DNA of 64,000 bases from Octopus vulgaris (Eukaryota). Shown piece after piece: positions 1-12,792 of this stretch. Under the pieces are notes generated by a model. It was given only the letters and a program-made list of their open reading frames with translations, was not told the origin of the DNA and did no database searches. A program made the translations under genes and the position numbers. The stretch covers positions 84,878,001 to 84,942,000 of the forward strand of contig OX597823.1 in assembly GCA_951406725.2 (NCBI GenBank). The letters run 5' to 3'. The number at the start of each line of letters is the position of its first letter. Position 1 is the stretch's first letter.

Positions 1-1547
1 ACATCTATAGCAAGATCTTTTCCTGGACACTTAAAACCTATATATACCCGCGGTTGCGTTGCGTTTTCGCAACGCAAAACCTGCTCCTACTTGTTCGGAC
101 ATTGAACTCATCGGGAAACATCTGACTGTGCATTTCGAAATGTTCAGTAGGTAGTCGATACCCCTTAGCTAACAATTGCATACTGTCCTACTCTTTCAGA
201 TTGTGAAGGCTTAACATAACGCTTAATCTAAATACAGGGAAATTTTCGGACTTCATTTTTGTATGGACATATATGGATTAAAATACTATCGTGGGCCTCA
301 TATTTACTATTTTTCGTGCATGGACCCCAGAAAAAATTGCATATGGACCCCGGTTAGGGAACACAGTAAATGGATTCAATAACAAATCAATCTCTTTTAA
401 GATGGACAAAATTTCACAAACCCGATTGTATATTTTATTTCATAAATATGCATCATTTGTAGTAAATCTTTTGTTAAACATGTTACTTTCCAATTATAAT
501 TATTATTCTAATAGAAAATATATTAAGAGTCATTTTATTTTACTACATATTTATCAAACATTGCTTCCCCCGTTCTTCTCTGTTCATATTTTGATAAGAA
601 GTGAAATAATACACGTAATTAATTCTATGTAAAACGATGGAGCTATTTTCTGCAAAATTCCCTTTCATTTTTATTCTTATTTCTTTATTGAATTGAATAA
701 AACAGAGCTATAAAGTCTCATTATATAACCACGAACTTCGTATTGGTTCAGTGTTTAATTATAAGAACTGGATTGTTTATTTCTCATCTTTTTATCTTAT
801 TTTGCTGATGTGGTTTTTAATTTTTTTTTTTATTAATTAATTCCACATCCAGTGAATTGTGGTTTTCATAGAAGTTAAAAGGAACTGTAACCAGAAATCT
901 AACCGGAAATAATTATAGGAGCGATGGGAAATGGTGGGATTGGAAGAGAGGTGGAAGGGAGAGGAAAGGAAAGGAAAGGAAATTTTGTTGTTGTAGCCTT
1001 GAGAAGACTTACCTATTAAAGTATAAAGTAAAAATGATAGTGGAAATATTAGTAGCAAAAAAGTATAGAAATGAGTTCGGTTTGTGAGAGTGAGAGAGAG
1101 GCAAGAAATGGAGAGATTAAGGGAAAGAGAAGGAAAAGTTAGAAAGGAAAAAGAAGGATTGAAATAAAGAAGAAGGGAGAGAAAATCAGAAAAAGTAAGA
1201 GAATAATGGAAAAAGATTCAGAAGAAGGCAAAAGGAAAAAAAGTGAAGATGAAGGTAAAAAGAGAAAGTTAGGGAAATTAGCAGAGAGAGAGAGAGAGAA
1301 GTAGAAGAAGAGAAAGTACAGCAGATAAAAGGAGAGAGTGCGCGAGAGAGAAAGAAAGAGGAGGAGAGAGAAATAAAATGCCATCAAGAAGATTGAGTTA
1401 TATATATATATATATACACACATACATTTGAGAATGGTATATGTATGTAAGTCTGTGCATATGGGTGCATTGCACAATCTTTATCTAATCTATTTATCGC
1501 CCCCTCTGTTTGTGTGTGTATGTATACATACATGCGCGCACACACAT

Positions 1548-1595
<48 letters not shown>

Positions 1596-1717
1596 TATAT
1601 ATATATATTTATTTATTTATTTATTTATTTAATTATATATTTATATATATGCGCATCCATACAATTATTAACGTATGCAGATACATCTCTATGTGTTTGT
1701 TTGTGTACCTGTGTGTA

Positions 1718-1753
<36 letters not shown>

Positions 1754-2027
1754 TGTGTTGCGTGCATGCGTGTGTAGATCTGTGTGTGTACATCTGAAGA
1801 AGGCAGGAAAGAGGAAACGACAAATAAGAAGACATAATCAACATATGGGAATCTGCAGTTTTCTATATTCTTAATGAGAAATAAGAGAACGGAAGAAATA
1901 CAATGATGAGGAAAGAAACAGAAGAGGACAACTATGAAAAGTGGAAGATATATTAGAAGTAATTTGCAATGATTTATCAACTAAAATATTATATTGGTTT
2001 CAAGTTTTTGGCGCAATTGATGGTTGC

Positions 2028-2832
2028 TTTATCGACCCCGAAAAAGTGAAAGGTAAAGTAGATCTCGGTAGAATTTGAACACAGAACTTAAAGACCGGCG
2101 ATGTACTGCAAAGCATTTTGCCCGCTCTGCTAACGGCTCAGTGACCTTGCCGTCTTAATAATAACCCTTTCTACGAAAGGCACAAGGCCTGAAACTTGGT
2201 AACCCTTTCTACTAAAGGTACAAGGCCGGAAAGTTGGTAACCTTTCTACTAAAGGCTCGAGGCTTGGAACTTGGTAACCCTTTCTACTAAAGGCATAAGG
2301 CCTGAAACTTGGAGGAGGACAGGGATGGGGTATAGTCGATTACATTAACCCCAGTACTCAACTGGTACTTATTTCATCGACCCCGAAAGAATGAAAGGCT
2401 AAGTCGGTCTCGGTGGAATTTGAGCTCAGAACATAAAGACGGACGAAATGCCTCTATGCTTACGGGGATGGGGTATAGTTGATTACATCGACCCCGTTAC
2501 TCAGCTGGTACTTATTTCATCGACCCCGAAAGGATGAAAGGCAAAATGGATCTCGATGGAATTTGAACACAGAATGTAAAGACGGGTGATGTGCCCCAAG
2601 GCATTTTGCTCGCTCGGTAACGGTTCAGTGATCTTCCCGTCTTAATAATAATCCTTTCGACTAAAGGCACAAGGCCTGAAACGTGGAGGAGGACGGGGAT
2701 GGGGTATAGTCAATTACATCGACCCCAGTACTCAACTGGTACTTATTTCATCGACTCCAAATGAGTGAAAGGCTTAGTTGGTCGCGGTGGAATTTGAGCT
2801 CAGAACGTAAAGACGGACGAAATGCCGCTAAG
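2028..2832 (-). mobile_element. Tandem array of tRNA-derived SINE family A copies (central domain gcctttcatcctttcggggtcgat, Meta/MESC-like)
   Basis: Reverse complements of the B-box region (ttctgagttcaaattcc) and central domain occur four times in an A-B-A-B arrangement; a 38-bp tail unit is repeated at 2162-2312. Confidence 0.85.
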
Positions 2833-2844
2833 CTTCTCTATCAT

Positions 2845-3272
2845 TACAGTCACCACCACCACATCGACCATCATCTCCATCACGAATCCCCCCTATTTTC
2901 TTCTCCTCATCCTCATCGTCACCACTACCATCAGCACCATCATTATTGGCGACAGAAACAGCATCATCATCCCTATCGCTGTCGTCATGGTCTTCGTTGT
3001 CATCGTTTCCATTATCATCGTCGTCGTCGTGGCCGCTGGTATCATCATCATCATCATCATCTCCATCGCTGTCGTCATGGTCTTCGTCATCGTCGGCTCC
3101 ATCATCGTTGTCATCGTCGTCGTCGTCATTATCATCATCATAATCGTCATCTTCATCGTCATCATCATCGTCATCATCATAGTCATCATCATCTTCGTCA
3201 TAATCGTCATCATCATCGTCGTCATCATAATCAGCATCAACAACGTCATCCTCATCATCGTCATCATCATCG

Positions 3273-3309
<37 letters not shown>

Positions 3310-3700
3310 TATCATCCTCGTCGTCGTTGTCATCGTCCTCGTCATCATCATGATCATCGTCGTCGTCCACCTCCTCCTCCTCCTCCTCCTCCTCATCATC
3401 ATCATCATCATCATCGTCGTCGTTGACGTCATCATCATCATCATCAGCATCGTCGTAATTATACTAAGCATCGTCATTATCATCGTCATTATCATCATCC
3501 CCCTCCTTCTCCTTCTCCTTTTCCTCCTCATTGTCAATTTCCTCCTCCTCCTCTTCCTCCTCCTCCCCTTCCTCCTCCTCCTCATCGTTATTATCATCCT
3601 CCTCAGCAACATCGTCATCTTCATCATCCCTTCCCCCTCCCCTCCTCCTCCTCCTCCTCTCATCGTTATTATCATCCTCCTCAGCAACATCGTCATCATT

Positions 3701-3744
<44 letters not shown>

Positions 3745-3835
3745 TATTATTGTCGTAATCCTCTTCTTCATCGTCATCAGCATCATCGTCGTTGTCGTCT
3801 TTGTCGTCGTCATAGTGGTCGTCATCGTCATCACA
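2845..3835. repeat. Degenerate (ATC/GTC/CTC)n trinucleotide tract, about 1 kb
   Basis: Directly visible; source of the poly-His/Ile/Asp/Met pseudo-ORFs. Confidence 0.95.
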
Positions 3836-4087
3836 TATGACATCGACAACGAGGATGACGCCGATGATAATGCCAACCAGCGCCACGATATTCATAGGCG
3901 TCCATGACATTATGACGAGCAACAAAACAGAAACCCCAGTATTTTATTATCAACAACGACGGCAATGTCAATGGTATTTGAAGAATATCTTCTTTTCTCT
4001 CTTCATGTTTTACTCCATTCTTTAATTCCTGATAACGCCATCGAACCTCACCAAAACCAACACCGTCATCAATACCATGAGCTCATC

Positions 4088-4770
<683 letters not shown>

Positions 4771-5949
4771 GGTAGCAGCAGCATCAGTACGAGTGCAAGA
4801 CTGTTAAGAATGTTGATGTTACCATCACTGTTGATATTGCCGTTCTTCTGGCTGTTTTTGCCGTTTTGGTGATCGTTGTTGTTATTATTGTTGTTGTTGT
4901 TGTTGCTTTTGCTGTTGTTCTTTGTTGTTGTCGATGTCGTTGTTGTTGTAATTACTGTTGTTGCTCTTATTAATAATTATTCCAACTACCTTTTATTTTT
5001 GCATTCATCCGACTGTTCGTCTTTGTTATTGTTGACATTAAAAAGAATAGTTTGCGCCAAGTTGTTTTTCGCTTATAAAAGTTATGTTTCAAATGTTATT
5101 ATATTCATGTTTTCGTTTTTGAAGGTGAACCATTGTTGTTTCAAAGAAACTGACTTACAAATAGAACAGAAAAGATCATAGCATGGATGCCATAAAAACA
5201 CACACACAAAAAAAGACAAGAACGAATACACATGGAAGATGGGTAATAAATTAAATGCTTCAAAGACTGGAATTTTCAGGCGCTGGATCAATCACGCAGG
5301 AGATATTTTCATTCTTCGAAATAGTGAACAATATGATACAGTAAAACAGACTACTGGTGACTAGGTCGTAGGCGGACGACAAAAGACTTTTGAAGTGAAT
5401 GGTATGTAATTCTGTAAGAGGATATATATAACAAAAGAAGAATATATTGGAATATGTGTGTTTGAAAACGACTCTTCCACAATGTAAATCAGTGCTTTGA
5501 AAATATTTTTTAACTGTCGCTTCTTCCTTTTCTTCTGCTGCCACATTTTCAATTTAGTTCTCGGTAGAATTCAACGATGCTATGTCCTGGCGTCCATTTA
5601 CCTCATTTTAAATGTACATGCTCAGGCGTAGTTGTGGCTGTGTGGTAGGAAGTTTGCTTGGTCGGGCATGAAAGTTCAAAATAAACGTAAGAGGCCTCAT
5701 TTTTGTTGTTGAATTGTGAAAAATGTTGCCTCGTTAATGAATTTTGGTATTGAATTGTGAAAAATGTGAAAGGTTTGTTGCCTCGTGAATGAAATATAAA
5801 AGAGCAATGTTCTCGGGTAAGCAGCAATCGACGGGCGTTGCTTGTTGCCCTCAGTTATAATCGTTTTCACTTGTCATTTCACATAATATTATGTCTATGT
5901 CCAGCCCGTAGCTTCCCTTCTATGTAATGCCCTTGTGGCAAATTATATG

Positions 5950-6105
5950 AATAAAAGAAGTTTGCTTGACGGCCACATGGTATTGGGTTCGGTTCCACAG
6001 CGTGGCACTTTGGACAAGCGTTTTCTGATATGGTTTCTGGACGACCAAAGCCTTCGGAGTGGATTTGGTAGACGGAAAGTGAAAGAATCACGTCGTATAT
6101 ACGAA

Positions 6106-6185
<80 letters not shown>

Positions 6186-6420
6186 TGTGTGTGTGTGTGT
6201 ATGTGTGTGTGTGTTCGTGTTTGTGTTTGTTTCTCAATGTCGCTTGACACTCGGTGTTGATTTGTTTACGACTACTGTAAATTAGTGGTTCGGCAAAATG
6301 GACCGACAGAATAATTACGAAGCTTAAAAAAATGTACTAGAGTCTATTCATCAGACTAAAATTATTCAAGGCACTGCTCCAGCATGGTCGCGATCTAATG
6401 ACTAAAACATGAAAAAAAAA
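5950..6420 (+). mobile_element. SINE family B (tRNA head, CORE-like domain, internal (TG)n, stem-loop tail)
   Basis: ggttcggttccac B-box, ctttggacaag CORE-like motif, ggatttggtagacggaaa, (TG)n, then tgctccagcatgg tail. Confidence 0.85.
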
Positions 6421-6446
6421 TACATGCAATACCAAGCCGGGGGTAA

Positions 6447-7045
6447 GGCGGCGAGCTGGCAGAAACATTAGCATGCCGGGCGAAAAGCTTAGCAGTATTT
6501 CGTCTGCGCTATGTTTTGAGTTCAAATTCCGCCGAGGTCGTCTTTGCCTTTCATCCTTTCGGGGTCGATTAAATAAGTACCAGTTACGCACTGGGGTCAA
6601 TATAATCGACTTAATCCGTGTGTCTGTCCTTGTTTGTCCTCTCTGTGTTTAACCCCTAGTGGGTAGTAAAGAAATAGGTATTTCGTCTGTCGCTACGTTC
6701 TGAGTTCAAATTCCGCCGAGGTCGACTTTGCCTTTCATCTTTAAATAAGTACGAGTTGCCTACTGCCCACCTCTAAGTACCAGTTACGCACTGGGGTCGA
6801 TATAATCGACTTAATCCGTTTGTCTGTCCTTGTTTGTCCCTTCTATGTTTAGCCCCTTGTGGGTAATAAAGAAATAGGTACTTCGTCTGCCGCTACGTTC
6901 AGAGTTCATATTCCGCCGAAGTCGACTTAGCGTTTCATCCTTTCGGGGTCGATTAAATAAGTACCAATTACCAATCGACTTATTCCATTTGTCTGTCCTC
7001 GTTTGTCCCCTCTGTGTGTAGCCACTTGTGGGCAGTAAAGAAATA
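6447..7045 (+). mobile_element. SINE family A, full head plus two head-truncated tandem units
   Basis: ggcggcgagctggcagaa A-box head, gagttcaaattcc B-box, body repeated three times with junction aagaaataggtatttcgtctg. Confidence 0.9.
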
Positions 7046-7147
7046 GAAATAGGCCAGCAATCTCGGGGTGGGTAGTAAGTCGAAGACATTGATCCTAATA
7101 CCTAGCTAGTACTTATTATTTGATCGACTCCAAAAGGATGAAAGACC

Positions 7148-7530
7148 GGAGTGGCTGTGTGGTAAATAGCTTGCCTACAAACCACTTGATTCTGGGTTCA
7201 GCCCCACTGTGTGGCGCTATGGGCAAGTGTCTTCTGCTTTAGCTTCAAGCCGACCAAAGCCTTGTAAGGGGATTTGGTAGACGGAAACTGAAAGAATCCT
7301 GTCGTATACACACACACACATATATGTATGTATGTATATGTTTGTGTGTCTGTATTTGTCCCTCCATCATCACTTGGTGTGTTTACGTGCCCGTAACTTG
7401 GCGGTTCGGCAAATGAGACCGATATAATAACTACTATGCTTACAAAGAAAAGGGCATGGTGTCGATTTGTTCGACTAAAGGTGCTACTCCAGTATAGACA
7501 TAGTTAAACGACTGAAATAAATAAAAGAAT
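7148..7530 (+). mobile_element. SINE family B
   Basis: ggagtggctgtgtggtaa head, gggcaagtgtcttct CORE-like motif, internal CA/TATG repeat, tail. Confidence 0.85.
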
Positions 7531-7644
7531 AATAGTGACCCCAGCGGCATTTGATTTCAGAACATAATGACGGACGAAATGCCGCTAAGTGTTTGGTCCG
7601 GCGTACTAACGATTTTACCAAATTGAGATCCTTGTCAACTTTTA

Positions 7645-7829
7645 TCATTTTCTTGTTTCAGTCATTAGACGGCGATGAATGATGTAGTTATCATTTTTAA
7701 AAACGGGTACTTTTTCTGTCGGACCATTATTCCGAACTGCCATGTTACGCAGACGGAAGCAACCAACATCAATTGTCAAGCGATGATGTGAGACACTCAC
7801 AGACACAAAGGCGCGCGCACGCACACACA

Positions 7830-7868
<39 letters not shown>

Positions 7869-8020
7869 GTCGGACACCTTTCAGTTTCCGTCTACCATAT
7901 TCACTCACATGGTTTTGGGTGGTCCGAGGATTTAAGTAACAGATTCTTGTCCTTGGTGCCACTGAACCCGGAACCTTGTGACTGGGAAACAAGCTTATTA
8001 AGAGATGGCTACACCGGCCT
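7645..8020 (-). mobile_element. SINE family B (inverted relative to 7148-7530)
   Basis: Reverse complement of the same modules with internal (CA)n. Confidence 0.8.
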
Positions 8021-9119
8021 CTACCTTAACTTCCAAACCAGAGCATTGAAGTAAAGCTGGCAAAATATTTTGTACGTCAATCTCTGTGACAAATGATGGC
8101 GGAAGAGAAAAAGGGAAGAAAATAGAAATTAAAAATGCCAGTCCAGCCGAAAAGTCATGTCAGACTAAGAAGAAAAGAACCATATAGTGCAAAGCAATTT
8201 TTACATCAGACGTTTATCTGTCTGCCAAACTCTCTTGCTCTATGATGCATAACATAGTATATACAATTAATGGTGATTCTCATAAATGAAATAAATGGCG
8301 GTGGAGTGGAATACTGAGAGAAGAGCAACAAAAAGCTGGACTGTTGGAAATGAAGGTAATCCGTTTGACAATACCTTATTTGATAAAGAGAATGGTTTCT
8401 GTTCTAGAAAGTGTGCTATCAGGCATTTGAAAGCGACAGAGGAAACGAGTCGTTTTATAAAAGTTAGTCAGTAAGCTGGTGGTATCCAAAAGCCAGTGGA
8501 GAAGGGTATGGGCTAGTTATGAAAAGAAAACGATAAACGATAGAATTTTGTTTGGTATAAGGGAAAAATAATGCCATTTTGATGATTAAATATTTAATAA
8601 GAATCAAATATTTAATAACGTGATAGACACGAATAAAGAAGTATGAAAGGCCGGAAGTCGATAAATTTATTAAGACTACGCATGTAACTAGTGAACAGAG
8701 AGTTTGCTTCGATGAGAAGTAGTATTTCGTCTTATGTCTCAGGAAATTAGGTTCATCAGAAGACAATGCGGGGTTGTGAGAATTGTCTATGTCCCTCTTT
8801 TGCCTGCAGTGATTTTCCGATAGATTCAGATGCTGGAGTGGTCGGTGTGAGGTAGAGAAAAACCAGTTGAGAATCCACTCGCCCACCACCACGTACATTA
8901 CGCTCTTTTCATTATTGGAATCTGTCCAATGTTTCTTAAAAAGACGACGACGAAGTCACACAAAATATCACTTTCTTTATGTCAAATCTACCACATGCAG
9001 ACAGACGTATGTTAGTGTTAATGATTGAATTATAAAGGCTACTTTCGTTGAAATATGTATGCAAGTAAGATGGCGCGAAGAATGAAGGCAGCAGACAGTA
9101 TATATATATATATATATAA

Positions 9120-9171
<52 letters not shown>

Positions 9172-9627
9172 TATACATACGTATATATATTGTGAGTCTA
9201 GATTTGGGCGTGGGTGTAGGTTATAAGCATTTAGTTGTTTGACACGAAGTGCATTCAACTTTTACGCTTCATTTAATATTGGTTGGAATCCATATTCATA
9301 AATACTAGAAATAAATAGGAAAAGAGTTTGTCATTTTCGTATCCGTCTGTTTGATTATGTATGCAAGTGTATACACACACACAGACACACACATGGAATT
9401 ACATACAGACACACACAGACACCCACCTACACACACAGAGACACAGACACCCCCAACCACACACAAACAACACACACACACATACACACACACATATATA
9501 TATATATAGGTATGCGTATGCGTGTATGTGTGTATTTTTGTGCGTAAGTGGCGTTGTGTACACGAACAGGATGTATAAATGTCTACATGCGTGTTTGGAA
9601 TCTTGTAATGAATGTCTTACAAATACA

Positions 9628-9665
<38 letters not shown>

Positions 9666-9803
9666 GTGTTTATGTATGAATATGTAAGTATATATATATA
9701 TATATATATGCGCATATTTGTATATTTATGAGTCTGTATGCGAGTACGAAATCTATGCATGTATTTATAAAAGTGTGCATGTGGTAACTTAGGGGCGTTC
9801 GCA

Positions 9804-9834
<31 letters not shown>

Positions 9835-10541
9835 TCGTACTTATGTAAGCATATAAGGAGGTGTGTATCTATGCATGAATGAAAACGTGAATAATAAAAT
9901 AGGTAAGATGTATATAAGTATAAATATCCACCACATACTCTCACACACTCCCTTAAACATGCATAAATACATGTACATGTGTGTGTGTGTACGAGTGTGT
10001 GTGTGTTCATGTATATAAGTATATGCGCAGAGGCCCATATATAATACGTGAAAATGCTGTTTATTAGCTATCAGAAACGTAACTGAACAATGAACTCAAT
10101 ACAGTGGGTAGAGTATATTATTTATTATGGCTGGTAAAAGATAAAAGTGACATCGAAGTTGCACGTGATTAGTTTTTCAAAATACAAAATACTGAATATT
10201 TTCCGATATATTTGTGAATTCAGGAGAGATTGGATGGAAGAATACATGGGGCTGTGAAAAATATATTAGTTTCAAATTTTTGCACAAGGCCAGCATTTCA
10301 GGAGAGAGGGTGATTCAGCTATATCGAACCGAGTGCTCAGTATTTTTCCCCGCATGTTAACGATTCTACCATTTCACCACTTTTTCTCATAAGGCTTTGG
10401 TCACCCTGAGGCTATAGTAGGTTGATGTTTGTATAAAAAATAATATTAGTCATATATTTACACCAAGTGTATTATATAGTAACTATGGAATCATGGCGCC
10501 GTGTGTAACGGAGTACAAATATTGGTGCAGAAAGGAGTATA

Positions 10542-10847
10542 CAGTAATACTTCGCCATATCGCGGTTCACGTATCACGGTTCACCTATCGCGGTTCACCT
10601 ATCGCGGTTCACCTATCGCGGTTCACCTATCGCGGTTCACCTATCGCGGTTCACCTATCGCTGTTTATCTTTTAAGCTTACGTCGATTCCTCCGTGGTGT
10701 TGATTTGCATTTATGATAGAATAAATATAAACAAATTTTAAAAATAATTGAAAAGATATACAGTACAGTACTGCTTCTACTTCGCAGATTTTCACCTATC
10801 GCGGGTTTTTTGGAACTTGATACCCGCGAGAATCGAGGGATTTACTG
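10542..10847. mobile_element. Tigger/pogo-type MITE with expanded subterminal repeat
   Basis: TA|cagtaatacttcgccatatcgcgg ... ccgcgagaatcgagggatttactg|TA: imperfect TIRs starting CAGT, TA target duplication; 14-bp unit tatcgcggttcacc x7 at 10558-10655. Confidence 0.75.
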
Positions 10848-11029
10848 TATTTTGAAAGCATATATAAAATTTAATTTTAACAGATTAAAATCAAAATATT
10901 TGCAAGTAAGTACTGTCTCGAGACCAAGATCTCATAGTATCCGTTACCCGCTTTCCATGTCGTATAAATAACCAAGACCACAGTGTTTTCACTGACCGAG
11001 GTGTCAGTAAGTCGCAGGGTGTATTCATA

Positions 11030-11297
11030 TACGAATGAATGAACTGGAGGCAACGTGGAATGAAATATTTTGCTTAAGAAAACAACACACTACCCGCTCT
11101 GAGAATCGATCGAGAAAACAACACACTACCCGCTCTGAGAATCGAACGAGAAAACAACACACTATCCCGGTCTGAGAATCGAAGAACACAACACACCATC
11201 CGATCTGAGAATCGAACAAGAAGACAACACACTACCCGGTCTGAGATTGGAAATCAAGATTTTGTGATCAAGAATGCTACAGGCTAACCACTAGCCG
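11030..11297 (-). mobile_element. CORE-type SINE family C fragment with about 36-bp internal tandem repeat x5
   Basis: gaactggaggcaacgtggaatgaaatattttgcttaagaaaacaac matches family C (compare 58100-58225); unit acaacacactacccgctctgagaatcga is repeated. Confidence 0.75.
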
Positions 11298-11344
11298 TTC
11301 ACAAATATACTTGTAGTTTGGTCATATTTGTCAGGCTTCCAAAG

Positions 11345-11910
11345 TAGCGAGCTAGACGAATCGTTCCCAGGCCGGGAAAAATGCTTAGCGGTACTTCTTC
11401 CGTCTTTACATTCTGATTTCAAATCTGCCGAGGTCAGCCTTGCCTTTCATTTTTCCAGGATCGATGTAATAAGTACTAGTTGAACTCTGGAGTCGATGTC
11501 ATCGACTTACTCTTGCTCTCTTTTACCCTTTTACTTTTTTCAGTCATGTGACTGTATCCATGCTGGAGCACCGCCTTTAATCGAGCAAATCGACCCCAGG
11601 TCTTATTCTTTGTAAGCCTAGTACTTATTCTATCGGTCTCTTTTGCCGAACCGATAAGTTACGGGGACGTAAACACACCAGCATCGGTTGTCAATCGATG
11701 TTGGGAGGAACAAACACAGACACACAAACATATACACACTCACAAGGCTTTGGTCGTCGCGAGGCTATAGTAGAAGACACTTGCCCAAGGTGCCACGCAG
11801 TGGGACTGAACCTGGACCCATTTGGTTTGTAAGGAAGCTACTTAACACACAGCCACTCATGCGCCTCCCTGAAAATTGCTGGCCTTGTGCCAAAATTTAA
11901 AATCAATATT
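11345..11910. mobile_element. SINE A (+) interrupted by SINE B (-, about 11515-11865)
   Basis: The family A body stops at atcgacttactc and its tail (aaattgctggccttgtgccaaaattt) resumes after the family B head. Confidence 0.8.
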
Positions 11911-12551
11911 TATCAGGTTTCTGAATTTGCTAGAATAATAGAATTAAATACATGTGACTGACGAAGTTATATATTAATGGTATGAATATACGATAAACGT
12001 ATGTTATTGTTTGTAAAGCGTATTGTATTCTTTGGTATTCAGTCAGTGTTTTCACGAGTTACTTATTATTCAGTGATATAAGCTATTTGTAATATCTTCT
12101 ATTATACAACTGGAATTAGTTATTATCAAATGAAGTTAGAAGTTACTTGAGGCAAATTTTCCGTGTTGAATAAATAACAGATGATATGAAAGTTATTAGG
12201 TTGTTGTAATTGAACATGAATATCTCATTTCTGTATATTATTACGTAAGGAGGAATAATTTAGCGTTTTGGTTAATTAATTAATTTTGCATCATTAGCGT
12301 CGAAATCATATTGTATTATCTGATAAATAATATATTATTTAAGAACAAGGTATTATAGAGAATAACTTGCGAAGGCATAAAATATAAGTAGATATTAGTT
12401 AGTGGTATTCAATTAGAGAAATGAGTAAATATATGTAAGTATATATAATAGGTGCAGGAATGGGTGTATGATTAAAATGCTTGCTTTGCAAACACGTGAT
12501 TTCGGGTTCAGTCCCACTGCGAAATATGTCAATACGAAATAAAACAACAAA

Positions 12552-12792
12552 GCCGCGAGCTGGCAGAATCGTTAGCACGCCGGGCGAAATGCTTTGCGGT
12601 ATTTCGTCCGCCGCTGCGTTCTGAGTTCAAATTCCGCCGAGGTCGACTTTGCCTTTCAGCCTTTCGGGGTCGATAAATTAAGTACCAGTTACACAATGGG
12701 GTCGTTGTAATCGACTTAATTCGTTAAATGGCGGTGCCCCAGCATGGCCACAGCTCAAGAGCTGAAACTGGAAAACATAAACATAAACATAA
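12552..12792 (+). mobile_element. SINE family A with ggcggtgccccagcatggcc tail and (ACATAA)n end
   Basis: Well-preserved head, B-box, central domain and tail hairpin cagctc-aa-gagctg. Confidence 0.9.

Noticed and set aside
54-77. Perfect 10-bp hairpin ttgcgttgcg-tttt-cgcaacgcaa as a terminator
   Set aside because: Real inverted repeat, but bacterial terminators are irrelevant here and the context is cut by the window edge; possibly part of a DNA transposon remnant.
2761-3925. Long ORFs (221-361 aa) on both strands
   Set aside because: Translations of an (ATC)n-type tract; homopolymeric with no domain signal. The same applies to the YI, CV, HT, LSIY and LVGW ORFs throughout.
8810-8852. Cadherin-like peptide DFPIDSDAGVVGV after a + strand acceptor
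   Set aside because: In-frame stop follows immediately and no other cadherin motifs are present.
11078-11250. CRISPR-like 36-bp periodicity (also 2162-2312 and 10558-10661)
   Set aside because: Direct tandem repeats without unique spacers, derived from SINE/MITE parts; no cas genes; eukaryotic context.
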